Source: Candidatus Tectimicrobiota bacterium (GTDB lineage: Bacteria > JACPUC01). From it: a DNA stretch of 64,000 nt. A model generated the notes under the pieces. The model had not been told where the DNA came from. It did no database searches and was given only the letters and a program-made list of their open reading frames with translations. Positions 1 to 10,040 of the stretch are shown in pieces. Position 1 is the stretch's first letter, and the number at the start of each line of letters is the position of its first letter. The translations under genes and the position numbers were made by a program. The stretch covers positions 124,001 through 188,000 of the forward strand of contig JACPUC010000029.1 of NCBI GenBank assembly GCA_016192455.1. Direction: 5' to 3'.

Positions 1-94
1 ACGACCGCGTGCTGGTCTCCTCACCTGTCGGGGCCACGCCAGGGAGACCCCCGCGGGCCTGCCCGGTCCGCGCGCCGGCGCCGCGCCGCCGCGC

Positions 95-745
95 TCAGGC
101 TGCGGCGGGGCTGGCCAGGGCCTCGAGCGCCGCGGCATGCCCGCGGCGGAAGGCCGCAAGGTTGCGCTCCGCCGAGCCCTTCGGCGCCCGCTGCGCCACG
201 ATGGTCTCGATCTCCTCCGCCGCCACCTCGAGCCCGCCGCAGGCGGCCAGCGCTCCCAGCATGACGACGTTCATCGACATGTGGTGCCCCACCTCCTCGG
301 CGCGCGCCGTGGCATCGAAGGCCACCACCCCGGCGCCGAGCTGCCGCAGGTAGTCGATGATCCAGGGTGTCTCGGGGTAGCCCAGGGGGCGCGGCTCGGG
401 CGAGAAGATGTCGCGGCCCAGCGTCTCGAAGGTGGGCATGACGCGCCGCGTGTTCATGATCACCCTGCCGCCGCGCTTGGCGTAGAGCGCCCCCAGGCGC
501 AGCGTCTCCAGCGGCTCGAAGCCGACGAGGAGGTCCGCGCCGCCGTAAGGGATGAAGTTCGTGAACTCCTCCTGGTCGGCGGAGTAGCGGATTTCGGTGA
601 TCACCAGGGTGGCGCGATGGGCGGTCCCCAGGCAGTCCTTGGTGGAGATGGCGTATCCCTTGGAGGCCAACAGATCGGCCAAGATGCGGCTGAAGAGCAG
701 GATGCCGGAGCCGGAGAGGCCGGTGACGAGCACGTTGGTGATCAT
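95..745 (-). CDS. iorB: Indolepyruvate:ferredoxin oxidoreductase beta subunit-like (divergent)
   Basis: C-terminal part of ORF 95..2524 from ATG 745: MITNVLVTGLSGSG...ADLLVGFEPLE...NVVMLGAL...NLAAFRRG; directly downstream of iorA. Confidence 0.8.
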   Translation of the reverse strand: MITNVLVTGLSGSGILLFSRILADLLASKGYAISTKDCLGTAHRATLVITEIRYSADQEEFTNFIPYGGADLLVGFEPLETLRLGALYAKRGGRVIMNTRRVMPTFETLGRDIFSPEPRPLGYPETPWIIDYLRQLGAGVVAFDATARAEEVGHHMSMNVVMLGALAACGGLEVAAEEIETIVAQRAPKGSAERNLAAFRRGHAAALEALASPAAA

Positions 746-759
746 GCTGGGTCTCCCTC

Positions 760-2769
760 TCAGGCGTCCGCGGGGTGGATGGCGTGCGGCCCGCACACTT
801 GCTCGCAGAGGCCGCAGCCGTTGCAGAAGGTCGGGTCGATGGAAAGGAGGTGATCGTCGCGCATGATGGCCAGGCAGCCGAGGGTGTCGAAGCACTCGCG
901 GCACTTGCCGTTGCGCATGTAGGTGCAGAGCTGCGGGTCGATCTCGTAGGTGCTGAAGTTGACCTTGCCGCGTCCCCCCAGGGCGCGCTCGGCGAGGATC
1001 GAGCAGGCCCGCCGGGTGATGACCATGGAGACGCCCTCGGCCGCCAGGGCGCGTTCGAGGGCCTTGCGCGTCGCCTTCAGGTCGAAGGGATCGACGACCT
1101 CGATGGGCTCGATGCCGATGGCCGCCGCGATCTTCTCGATGCTCAGGATGCCGGTCGTGTCTCGCTTGGCGGTGAGGCCGAAGGCGCCCGGATGCGGCTG
1201 CTGCCCGGTGGCGCCGATGCACTGGTTGTCGTAGAGGACGACGGTGAAGGAGGAGCCGTTGTAGACGGCATTGATCAGCTCGGGCAGGGCGGCGTGGAAG
1301 AAGGTGCCGTCGCCCATCTGCACCACCTGCTTGTCGCCCAGCTTCACGCGGTACATGCCGTGCGCCAGGCCGGGGCCGGCGCCCATGCAGATGATCGTGT
1401 GCATGGCGTCCCAGGGCGGGTAGATGGCGCGCTCGTAGCAGCCGATGTCGCCGTGCGACACGAAGTCCTCCTTGCAGACCCGGCGCAGGGCGCGCGTCAA
1501 GGCGTACATCGTCCCCATCTCCGGGCAGCCGGGGCAGAGCGCCCCTTGGGGACGCTTGGTGATCTGCTCGGCAACGAACGTCATCGCCTGCCGGCTGCGC
1601 TCCGGGGCAAGGAGCGGCGCGAAGGTCCGGCCGGTGAGCTGGGCCAACGGCTCGGCGACGTGCTCGGCGCTCAGCTCGTCGGTGGCCGGCAGGTGGCCGG
1701 TCTTCTTGCCGAGGATGCGGGCGTGCCGGTCGAGGTCCGCCGACAGGTCGCGCACGAAGGTCTCGATCACCGGCTCGATCTCTTCCACCACCAGCACCGT
1801 TTCGAGGCTCTTCAGCATGGCCTCGACCTTGCCGCGCGGCAGGGGGTTGGCGGCGCAGAGCTTCAGGGTGGCGACCTCGTCCGCCACGCCGAGCTGGGCG
1901 ATGGCCTCGGCGGCCGCCTGGTAGGCCATGCCGGAGCCGATGATCCCCAGCCGCTCGTGTCAGTTGAGCTTCAGGCGGTGGTGCGGCATGGCGTCGATGG
2001 CCGTCTGCAGCTTCGGCAAGGTCTCGGCGTGGTACTTCTGGTGCCGCATCAAAACGGTGTTCTCCCAGCGCGGCCCCATCTCGGCGGACCACAGGAGGGG
2101 GTTCTTCTCGAAGCGCGGCTGGCGTTTCCAGGGGGCGGAATCGATCGGCCCCAGCGTCACGAGGCCGCGGCCATAGAGGAGCTGCCGCACCAGGCGCAGC
2201 ATCACCGGCGCCTGCACCTCTTCGGAGAGGGCGAAGGCGTAGCAGGCGAGGTCCTTGGCGTCCTGGTAGCTCGCCGGTTCGAGGACGGCCATCTCGGCGG
2301 CCACGCCGAGCCAGCGCGCATCCCCTTCGCTCGACGAGGTGTTGGCGCCCGGGTCGTCCCCCACCGCCAGCACCAGACCTCCGGGCGTGCGCATGGTGTA
2401 GGAGCAGAGGAGGGGGTCCATGACCCAGTTCATGCCGTTGTTCTTGAAGATCGCCATGGCGCGCACGCCGCACATGGCCGCCCCCAGGGCCGCCTCGAAG
2501 GCGACCTTCTCGTTGCTGGACCATTCGGCGTGGAAGTCGTAGGCGCGGGCCGCCTGGGCGAGGTTCTCGAGGATGTAGGTGGCGGGCGAGCCGGGGTAGG
2601 AGGTAGCGAGGCCGATGCCCGCTTCAAGAGCGCCGCGGGCCACCGCTTCGCAGCCGCTGAGGAGGACCGTGTCGCCGGGCTGGCCGCCGATGACCGCGTG
2701 GCTCTCCCACTTCTTGTTGGTCTTCTCGGCGTACTGTCCCTGCCCGGCGCGAATGGAACTCTTGCTCAC
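760..2769 (-). pseudogene. iorA: Indolepyruvate:ferredoxin oxidoreductase alpha subunit interrupted by an in-frame TGA at 1960-1962
   Basis: ORFs 1960..2793 and 760..1929 are in the same frame (...KLN*HERLGIIGSGMAY...). Motifs: YPGSP, NEKVAFE, GDDPG, CPGCP, GDIGCY, TPP-binding GDGTF..N, C-terminal ferredoxin CNGCGLCEQVC. GTG start 2769 follows AAGGAG. Confidence 0.75.
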
Positions 2770-2939
2770 GACCCCTCTCCTTGCTCTATCCAAACTGCGC
2801 GCACGGCGCCCGCCTGCATCGCAAAGCCTCCTGCGACCGGCAACGCCGTTCCCCTCCCCGCCACACTCCGAGCTTCTTCAGATCGAGCCGCGCGCGGCGC
2901 GCGACCATGTGGGTCCGGGCCGGGGCGGCGCCTCGCCGC

Positions 2940-3473
2940 TCAGTGACCCGACGCGGCGGCGGGCGCGGGCTGCGGCGCGCCGCTGTTCGCGGCCAGCAGA
3001 ATGGCCTCGATGATCTTCATGTAGCCGGTGCAGCGGCAGAGCGTGCCGGAGATGGCCTCGCGCACCTGGACCTCGCTCGGCCGCGGTACGCGCTCGAGGA
3101 AGGCCTTGGCGGTAAGGATCATGCCGGGGGTGCAGATGCCGCACTGGGTGGCGCCGGCTTGAATCCAGGCCTCCTGGAGAGGATGCAGCACGGCTCCCCT
3201 GGCCAAGCCCTCGATGGTGGTGATGTCGCGCCCGCCGCAGCGCGCCGCGAACATCAGGCAGGCGTACATCGCCTCGCCGTCGACAAGCACGGTGCAGAGG
3301 CCGCAGTCGCCGTTCGTGCAGCCCGCCTTGGTGCCGGTGAGCAGGAGCCGCTCGCGGATGACGGTGAGCAAGGTGTCGTGGCCGCGCACCGCCAGGGTGT
3401 GCTCCTCCCCATTCACCCGCAGGGTGAGGGGCGCCTCGGGGGCGCGCTCGATACCGTCGCCGGCTGGCGTCAT
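2940..3473 (-). CDS. (2Fe-2S) small subunit of a xanthine-dehydrogenase-family enzyme (HcrC/CoxS-like)
   Basis: GTKAGCTNGDCGLCTVL, QCGICTPG and LCRCTGY motifs in the C-terminal part of ORF 2940..5441; ATG 3473 with GGAG upstream. Confidence 0.9.
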   Translation of the reverse strand: MTPAGDGIERAPEAPLTLRVNGEEHTLAVRGHDTLLTVIRERLLLTGTKAGCTNGDCGLCTVLVDGEAMYACLMFAARCGGRDITTIEGLARGAVLHPLQEAWIQAGATQCGICTPGMILTAKAFLERVPRPSEVQVREAISGTLCRCTGYMKIIEAILLAANSGAPQPAPAAASGH

Positions 3474-3580
3474 GCTCTCCCTCCCGTCGCCTGGTCGTTC
3501 ATCGTGATCCGCTCTCCCGCGGCCCCTCCCGGAGAAGAAGAGGAGAGACCCTGGAATGGAAAAGTTTAGGCCGAGGAGGC

Positions 3581-4582
3581 TCAGCCTGAAGAAGCCCGCC
3601 GCCGCGCCAGCAGGTCGCCCAGGAGGCGACGCGCCAGCACCTTGGCGATGTGCCGGCGGTAGGCGGGCGCGCCGAAACTCACGTTGCGCACCGGCTTGGC
3701 GTGCTTGGCCACCAGGGCGGCGGCTTCGGCAACGCTCCTCTCCCCCGCCCCGGCGGCTTCCAGCAGGGCTTCCGCCTCGGGCACGCGGATGGGCATGCCG
3801 CTCACCGCTCCCAGGACGATGCGCAGGCGCCCCGCGGCGCCGTTCGTCCATCCCCGCGCCGCCACGGCGAGGGAGACGAGGGGGTAATCGATGGACCGGC
3901 GGTGCGCATGCTTGGCGAAGGCGGCAACGTCGCCCTCGCCGAGTGGCCGCACAAGCACGGCGCTGATCAGCTCCCCCGCGGCGAGGGTGAAGGGGAAGGC
4001 CGCATCGCCGGAGTAGAGCTCGTCGATTCCCATGCGGCGCTCGCCCTGCCTCCCCTGCACGATGAGCTCCGCCTCCAAGCTCATCAGGATGGGGGCGAGA
4101 TCGCTGCGGTAGGCGGCGTAGCAGACGGCCTCCTGATCCACCACGTGGCAGAGGCTGCCGCCGGCCTTGTAGCAGGGCTCCTTGGCCTGGCGCCAGAGCG
4201 CCGTGCGGTTGTACCACCAGCACATCGTCTCCTGGCAGAGGTTGCCGCCCAGGCTGCCCATGTTGCGGATTTGCGGCGCCCCGACGCGCTGCGCCGCCTC
4301 GGCCAGCACCGGCGCCGCCTCCGCCACCAGCGGCGAGCGCTCGAGGGCGCTGATCGTCACCGCCGCGCCGAGGCGCAGCGTGCCATCGGCCAGGCGCTCG
4401 ATCTGGCGCATGCCCGGCAGGTCGGTGAGGTCGACGAGGGAGCGCGGCGTCGCCACGCCCTGCTTCATGCGCAGGTAGAGCTCCGTGCCGCCGGCGATGG
4501 GGGCCGCCTGCCGCTCGTGCAGCAGGGCGCAGGCCTCCTGGTACTCCCGCGGGCGCACGTGCCGCACACCTGGTGAGATCAT
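3581..4582 (-). CDS. FAD-binding subunit with Cys-rich [4Fe-4S] insert (4-hydroxybenzoyl-CoA reductase beta-like)
   Basis: AGGTEL, QIRNMGSLGGNLCQ, and insert CWWYN...CYKAGGSLCH...CYA..SDLAP typical of the HcrB/YagS subgroup. Confidence 0.85.
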   Translation of the reverse strand: MISPGVRHVRPREYQEACALLHERQAAPIAGGTELYLRMKQGVATPRSLVDLTDLPGMRQIERLADGTLRLGAAVTISALERSPLVAEAAPVLAEAAQRVGAPQIRNMGSLGGNLCQETMCWWYNRTALWRQAKEPCYKAGGSLCHVVDQEAVCYAAYRSDLAPILMSLEAELIVQGRQGERRMGIDELYSGDAAFPFTLAAGELISAVLVRPLGEGDVAAFAKHAHRRSIDYPLVSLAVAARGWTNGAAGRLRIVLGAVSGMPIRVPEAEALLEAAGAGERSVAEAAALVAKHAKPVRNVSFGAPAYRRHIAKVLARRLLGDLLARRRASSG

Positions 4583-6990
4583 GCGCGCTCCTCCCGCCGC
4601 GAGCGGCCGTTGCCGCGCCCGTCCGCCCCTCCGGACCGCCGACGCGCCGCGGGGTCGTTGAAGAAGGGATGGTCGAGGTAGTTCGCGCCGTACGTCTCTT
4701 GCAGCGCCTTGACGACCTTGTCGGGCGTAATCGGCAGGTGACGGAACCAGATGCCCGTGGCGTCGTAAATGGCGTTGACGATGGAGGGGAGGGTGGAAAT
4801 CTGCGTCCCCTCGCCGGACTCCTTGGCGCCGTACGGGCCGAACTGGTCATCCGTCTCGATGTGGAAGTGCTCCGAGCGCTGCGGCGACTCCATGGAGGTG
4901 GGGAGGCCGTAGTCGGTGAAGTTGGGCGTGAGGAGCAGGCCGTCCACGGTCTCCAGGTTCTCGAATAACGCCTGCCCCAGGCCGCCGGCCACCGAGCCGT
5001 CAAGCTGCCCCTCGACAAGGGTGGGGTTGATCGGGTAGCCGCAGTCGTGCGCCGAGGCGAAGTGCAGCACGCTGATCTCGCCGGTCTCCAGATCGACCTC
5101 GACTTCCGATCCCTGGGTGGTGAAGGAGTAGGAGCCGGAGAGGTTGCCATAGCCGGAGGTGAGCTGCTTCGGGTCGCCGAAGTGGGCGGTGAACTCGGCC
5201 GGCGTGGCGGAGCCGTGGGCCATGAGGGGTTTCGTCTCCTTGTAGTAGCAGAGGCGCACGCCGTGCAGGAACGACACGCCGCGGTCCTCGTTCCCCCGCA
5301 CCACGATGCGGCCCTCCTTGCAGATGAGGTCGCCGGGGGCGCATTCGATCTCCTTCGAGACGGCCTCGAAGAGCTGGCGGCGGATTTCGGCGGCGGCGGT
5401 GCGCACCGCTGCTCCCGTGGTGAAGGTGACGCGGCTGCCATAGGTGCCGGGGTCGAAGATAAGGAAATCGCTGTCCTGCAGGGTGGTCTGGATGTCGTCC
5501 ATGGTGAGGCCGAGCTCCTCGGCGAGAATCTGGGCCAGCACGGTGTTCGACCCCTGCCCCACGTCGGGGGAGCCGTGCAGCAGGTGCACCTTGCCGTCCT
5601 CGTGCACGCGGATGACGGCGGTGGAGGCGTCGTGACCGCCCATGCGGCTGCCGGAGCTGAGCGAGCCGCAGCCGAGGCCGATGCCGCGCACCTTCGCGCC
5701 CCGGCGCCGCAGGGTGCCGTGGGTATGCGTCCAGTCCACCGCCTCGGCGGCGAGCTCGAGGCTCTCGGTCAGGCCGCAGCTCGTCACCACGAAGCCGTTG
5801 GCAAGCTTGTCGCCCTGCCGCACCCTGTTGCGCATGCGGATGTCCAGCGGGTCGAGGCCCAGGTCGCGGCCCAGGGCATCAAGCTGGCTCTCGGCGGCGA
5901 AGCGCATCTGCGGGATGCCATGACCGCGCAGGGCGCCGGAGAACGGCTTGTTGGTGTACACCCGGTCGGCGTCGTAGCGCAGGTTGGGCACCTTGAAGGG
6001 GAGGCTGAGGAAGGCGCCGGCTAGGTAGATGCTCATGTGGCCGACGCCCGCGTAGGCGCCGCCATCGGCGATCAGACGGCAGCGGTAGCCGAGGAGCGTG
6101 CCGTCCCGGCGGGCGGCGACGGCGAGGCGGATGCGCATGGGGTGGCGCCGGTAGGCCGACAGGAAGACCTCCTCCATGTCGCAGGTGATCTTCACCGGCT
6201 TGCCCGTCATCTTGGACAGCATGACCGCCGAGAAGTCGAGGTCGAAGGGCTCGTGCTTGCCGCCGAAGCCGCCGCCCACGTGCGGCTGGATGATGCGGAG
6301 CTGACTCGGCTTCATGCCGAGGCCGCGCGCCAGGTTGCGATAGATGATGTAGGGGCTCTGCTTGGCGGCCCACAGCGTCGCCCGATCGGTCACCACCTCG
6401 TAGCGCGCCACGATGGCGAACGGCTCGAGGTAGCCGTGCATGATGGCCTGGGTGCTGAAGGAATCCTCGCGCACGTGGTCGGCGACGCGAAAGGCCTCCT
6501 CGATGTCGCCGAAGTTGAAGCGGCAGATGGCGCTGACGTTGTTCTCGGCATGCTCGTGCAGGCGGGGCGCGCCGGGTTTCATCGCCTCCTCGGGGTCGAA
6601 GACCGCCGGCAGCTCCTCATAGTCGATCCGCACGAGGTCCGCCGCCTCGGCCGCCAGGTCCTTGTCGGTTGCGGCAACCGCCGCCACCCCCTCGCCGATG
6701 TAGCGCACCTTGTCGATCGGCAGGGCGCGCCGATCCTGGGTGGGCTTCGTGAAGCCGAACTTCACATCGGGGAAATCGCGGCCCGTCACCACGGCCTTCA
6801 CCCCGCGCCGCCGCAGGGCCGCGCCGGCGTCGATGTGGACGATGCGCGCGTGGGCGTGGGGGCTGCGAATGACCTTGCCGTAGAGCATGCCCGGCAGGAT
6901 CACGTCATCGGCGTAGAGGGCGTGCCCCGTCACCTTCTCGCGCGCATCAATGCGCGCCACGCGCTGGCCAACGACACGGTACGCTCTCAT
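4579..6990 (-). CDS. Molybdopterin-binding large subunit (4-hydroxybenzoyl-CoA reductase alpha-like)
   Basis: 803 aa; RSPHAHA, GGGFGGK, ALRGHG, GQGSNT, GTYGSR, VEGQLDG, GPYGAKESGEG; overlaps the start of the FAD subunit. Confidence 0.85.
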   Translation of the reverse strand: MRAYRVVGQRVARIDAREKVTGHALYADDVILPGMLYGKVIRSPHAHARIVHIDAGAALRRRGVKAVVTGRDFPDVKFGFTKPTQDRRALPIDKVRYIGEGVAAVAATDKDLAAEAADLVRIDYEELPAVFDPEEAMKPGAPRLHEHAENNVSAICRFNFGDIEEAFRVADHVREDSFSTQAIMHGYLEPFAIVARYEVVTDRATLWAAKQSPYIIYRNLARGLGMKPSQLRIIQPHVGGGFGGKHEPFDLDFSAVMLSKMTGKPVKITCDMEEVFLSAYRRHPMRIRLAVAARRDGTLLGYRCRLIADGGAYAGVGHMSIYLAGAFLSLPFKVPNLRYDADRVYTNKPFSGALRGHGIPQMRFAAESQLDALGRDLGLDPLDIRMRNRVRQGDKLANGFVVTSCGLTESLELAAEAVDWTHTHGTLRRRGAKVRGIGLGCGSLSSGSRMGGHDASTAVIRVHEDGKVHLLHGSPDVGQGSNTVLAQILAEELGLTMDDIQTTLQDSDFLIFDPGTYGSRVTFTTGAAVRTAAAEIRRQLFEAVSKEIECAPGDLICKEGRIVVRGNEDRGVSFLHGVRLCYYKETKPLMAHGSATPAEFTAHFGDPKQLTSGYGNLSGSYSFTTQGSEVEVDLETGEISVLHFASAHDCGYPINPTLVEGQLDGSVAGGLGQALFENLETVDGLLLTPNFTDYGLPTSMESPQRSEHFHIETDDQFGPYGAKESGEGTQISTLPSIVNAIYDATGIWFRHLPITPDKVVKALQETYGANYLDHPFFNDPAARRRSGGADGRGNGRSRREERA

Positions 6991-7390
6991 CGTCTGCCCT
7001 CTCCCGCCTCAGCCGGCGCCGCGGGGACCCGCCAGGTCCGGGCAGCCGCCGGTGGTCTCTGGAGTGCCGCGATCCGTCGGGCAACCGCCGCCCCGGTCCC
7101 ACCTCGGGGTCCGCGCGCCGCCCGGCGCTGCGCCGCTTGCCAGGCGGCCCCGATCTCTCTCCGTCTCCGTGGTCCAACCGGCCCGCTGCGGCCAATTGCC
7201 GGCGCGCGGTCAGCTCACCGCGGGCGCGGCATCCTCCCCCTCGGCGCGCAGCAGGTGCGGCGTATCTGAAGACTCAACGCCTTCCGTCGCATGAGAGCAT
7301 GCTCGAGAGCGCCGCGCGGTCAGAGTAGCATGGAGAGGCGGGACCGGAAGTCTGTAAGGTGTAGGATCAGGGATGAGCCAGGATTGTTCA

Positions 7391-7404
7391 TTGATGGAGA
7401 TCAA
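7391..7404. promoter_or_regulatory. FNR/CRP-FNR family binding site
   Basis: Exact TTGAT-GGAG-ATCAA in the AT-richer intergenic region upstream of the Mo-enzyme operon. Confidence 0.65.
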
Positions 7405-7610
7405 GGCTTGGAAAGAATTTTTACAGGGCTTAGCGGTTTATGGCCTGAAGAAGACCCACAGTTGTCAGGTAACTTGTTGTAAAGAAAGGGTTTGCGACAC
7501 CACGGGGCGGCGGTGCCGGAAGCGCAGGCGAGCGCCCTTGAAGCCCAGCTCCGGCAGCGGCGCGGCGACGCCATGCGCACGGGGGCGCGGATGCGGCGAC
7601 GCTGCGTTGT

Positions 7611-9656
7611 TCAACACGCAGCCCGCTGCCATTCCTGATCGACGAGCCGCACGAGCACCTCTTTCGTGAATGGTTTCTGCAAGACGACGCAGCCGGCCTC
7701 CTGAAGAAACGCCTGGGTGGCTTCGTTGATGATCTCGCCGGTGGAGAAGATGATGCGGTTGCAGAGGTGCGGCTTTTCGGCCTTCAGGGTCTCATACAAC
7801 TGCCGGCCCGGCACAGCGGTGGCCCAGAGGTCGAAGATCACCAAGTCGTAGTCCCCCTCCCGGAGTTTCTTCAGGCCATGATCCCCAGCGTAGACGGCAT
7901 CAACGCGATACCCCTCCCTCTTGAGGATGACGGAGATGAGCTCGTTGATGTTCTCCTCTTCCTCAACGACCAGAATCCTCGCTGCGCCGCTTTTCTCCGC
8001 GGGAGCGGCCGGTTGCTCCCCTTCGCTGAGCTGTGGCTGTCCGGTCAGCAACGGCAGTTCAACAAAGAAGGAGGCTCCTCCCTCCCCGTTGTTCCTGGCG
8101 TAGATCGTCCCCCCATGAGCCTGCACGATGCCGTACGAGATGCTCAAGCCCAAGCCGGTTCCCTTGCCCTTCTCTTTCGTGGTGAAGAAGGGATTGAAGA
8201 TGCGCTCCATGTTCTCGGCCGAGATGCCGCCTCCGGTGTCGGCGATCTCCACTTGCAGCCGGTCTTCCTCCAGCCGCGACCTCACCGTGATCCGGTGCAG
8301 CCCATCTTTCTCCGCCAGCTCCTGGAGTGAGTTGTTCATCACGTTCAGCAGCACCTGCTGGATCTGGTGCGCGTCGACCAAGATGGCCGGTGCCGCCTCG
8401 GAGAGGTCCATGACCAGCTCGGTGTGGCTGACCCGCGCCTCGGCGGCGCAGAGATCGGCCACCTTGCGCAGGATCTCGTTGACGTCACAGAGGCGTTTCT
8501 CAGGTGGTTGCTGACGGGAGAAGGAGAGCAGATTCTGCACAATCTTCGCGGCCCGCTGCGCCTCGGTGAAGATCTTCTCAATATCGCGTTGCAAGTCATC
8601 AGGGACCTTGCTGGCGAGAAGCTGCGAGTACCCCATGACGGTGGTCAGCGGGTTGTTCAGCTCATGCGCCACCCCGGCCACGAGCTGCCCGATGGCGGAG
8701 AGTTTTGCCGCCTGCAGCACCTGCTGCTGGGTCTGGTCGAGCTGCAGGGTCTTCTCCTCGACAATGTGCTGGAGCTGCCGGGCCGCTTCGCGCGCTTCCT
8801 TGAGGAGGCGGGCGTTTTCCACCGCAAAGCCGATATGACTGAGCAGGGTGTTGATGAACTTCAGGTCCGACTCGCTGAAGGACGTCTGATTCCCCTTTTT
8901 CGCCAGGTTCAACACCCCGATGATCCGATCCTGAACCCGCAGCGGCATGCAGATGAAGGAGGAGGTCTCGTACTTCGGATCGTTGGATTTCGAGGTGCGA
9001 TCATCATGCTCCACATCCGCCACCAGCATCGGCTCGCCGGTCTGCGCGACTTTCCCCGCAATACCCTCGCCGAGACGCAGGGTCGTGGCCCTGACAACCT
9101 CCTCCGTGAGGCCCTGGGCGGCCGCGATTTGCAGCGTCTGCGAGCGCGCATCAAGCAACATGATCGAGCCGATGCGCGCTTGCACCGTGGTCATGGCGCG
9201 GCCCAGCACAACCTGCAACACGTCCTGGATGTTCGGAATGCGCGCCACCAGCTCCGTCAACTCACTCAAGGTGCCTAACTTGAAGATCAGGTTCTCAAGT
9301 TCCTTGGTGTTCGCCTTCAGTTCCTCCAGGATATGCCTGAAGGACTCCGCAATGCGCGCCATTTCGCTCAGTTCCTGGGGCGCATCGACCAGATTCAGCT
9401 CGGTGATCTCGCCGCTCTCCAGCTTCAGAAACTCTTCAGTGAGGTCGCTGATTTGCTTCACCATCTGGCGGAAAAAGACAAACCCGAGGAGGGCGATGAT
9501 GACGCTGATCCCAAAGATCATCCTGACGTCGCTGCTCTCCAGGAGGTTGTAGCCGTTCAGCACATAGATGAAGAGCAGGATGGGGATGACGGAGGTCAGC
9601 GCGAAGATGAGCGATGCTTTGTATCCCAGGCTTTCGTGTTTGGTTTTACTGCTCAC
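7611..9656 (-). CDS. Hybrid sensor histidine kinase (2 TM, HAMP-like, GAF, HisKA, HATPase, receiver)
   Basis: H-box GVAHELNNPL, N/G boxes (DTGGGI, FNPFFTTK, GTGLGLS), GAF, C-terminal receiver ending in KPF. Confidence 0.93.
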   Translation of the reverse strand: MSSKTKHESLGYKASLIFALTSVIPILLFIYVLNGYNLLESSDVRMIFGISVIIALLGFVFFRQMVKQISDLTEEFLKLESGEITELNLVDAPQELSEMARIAESFRHILEELKANTKELENLIFKLGTLSELTELVARIPNIQDVLQVVLGRAMTTVQARIGSIMLLDARSQTLQIAAAQGLTEEVVRATTLRLGEGIAGKVAQTGEPMLVADVEHDDRTSKSNDPKYETSSFICMPLRVQDRIIGVLNLAKKGNQTSFSESDLKFINTLLSHIGFAVENARLLKEAREAARQLQHIVEEKTLQLDQTQQQVLQAAKLSAIGQLVAGVAHELNNPLTTVMGYSQLLASKVPDDLQRDIEKIFTEAQRAAKIVQNLLSFSRQQPPEKRLCDVNEILRKVADLCAAEARVSHTELVMDLSEAAPAILVDAHQIQQVLLNVMNNSLQELAEKDGLHRITVRSRLEEDRLQVEIADTGGGISAENMERIFNPFFTTKEKGKGTGLGLSISYGIVQAHGGTIYARNNGEGGASFFVELPLLTGQPQLSEGEQPAAPAEKSGAARILVVEEEENINELISVILKREGYRVDAVYAGDHGLKKLREGDYDLVIFDLWATAVPGRQLYETLKAEKPHLCNRIIFSTGEIINEATQAFLQEAGCVVLQKPFTKEVLVRLVDQEWQRAAC

Positions 9657-10012
9657 GATGACCCCTTTCTCGCCACGCTCGCCTCCTCACTCGACCGCAC
9701 CGGCATCAAGAGGCAATCTCATACTCATGGCGCGCAGCGGAGCAGCGCGCCCAGCCGCTCAGTTCCAGCTCCTAGCGGGGACCAGCCGCCGCCGGCGGCG
9801 ATGGTAAGCCGCCTCGCACCCTCGTACCGTTGCGACGACAAGAACCGCCGCGCACGCACCCCCGGAAAACAACGGAGATTTCGCGCATAGCTCGTTATTG
9901 AAACATAATAACCGCTTCAGTTGGAAAAGTCAAACCTTGACCTGCCGCCGCAAACCGGGAGCCAAGCGATTGCGAGGCGCTTACCCGGGGGTGGTGACAT
10001 CCCATGTCATTC

Positions 10013-10040
10013 CTATCGACGGCTGCAATGGGAGTCTTGA
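10013..10040 (-). promoter_or_regulatory. Possible sigma28/FliA-like promoter
   Basis: Minus strand TCAAG-N15-GTCGATAG resembles TAAA-N15-GCCGATAA and points toward the kinase. Confidence 0.3.

Noticed and set aside
746-2524. Apparent 809-aa and 833-aa proteins (95..2524, 2940..5441)
   Set aside because: Only the C-terminal parts (iorB, 2Fe-2S subunit) are protein-like; the upstream parts overlap real genes in another frame
775-2946. Long antisense and alternate-frame ORFs (e.g. 775..2946+, 27815..29806+, 35078..37108+, 45611..47686+)
   Set aside because: Shadows of motif-bearing genes on the opposite strand; expected at high GC and without recognisable motifs
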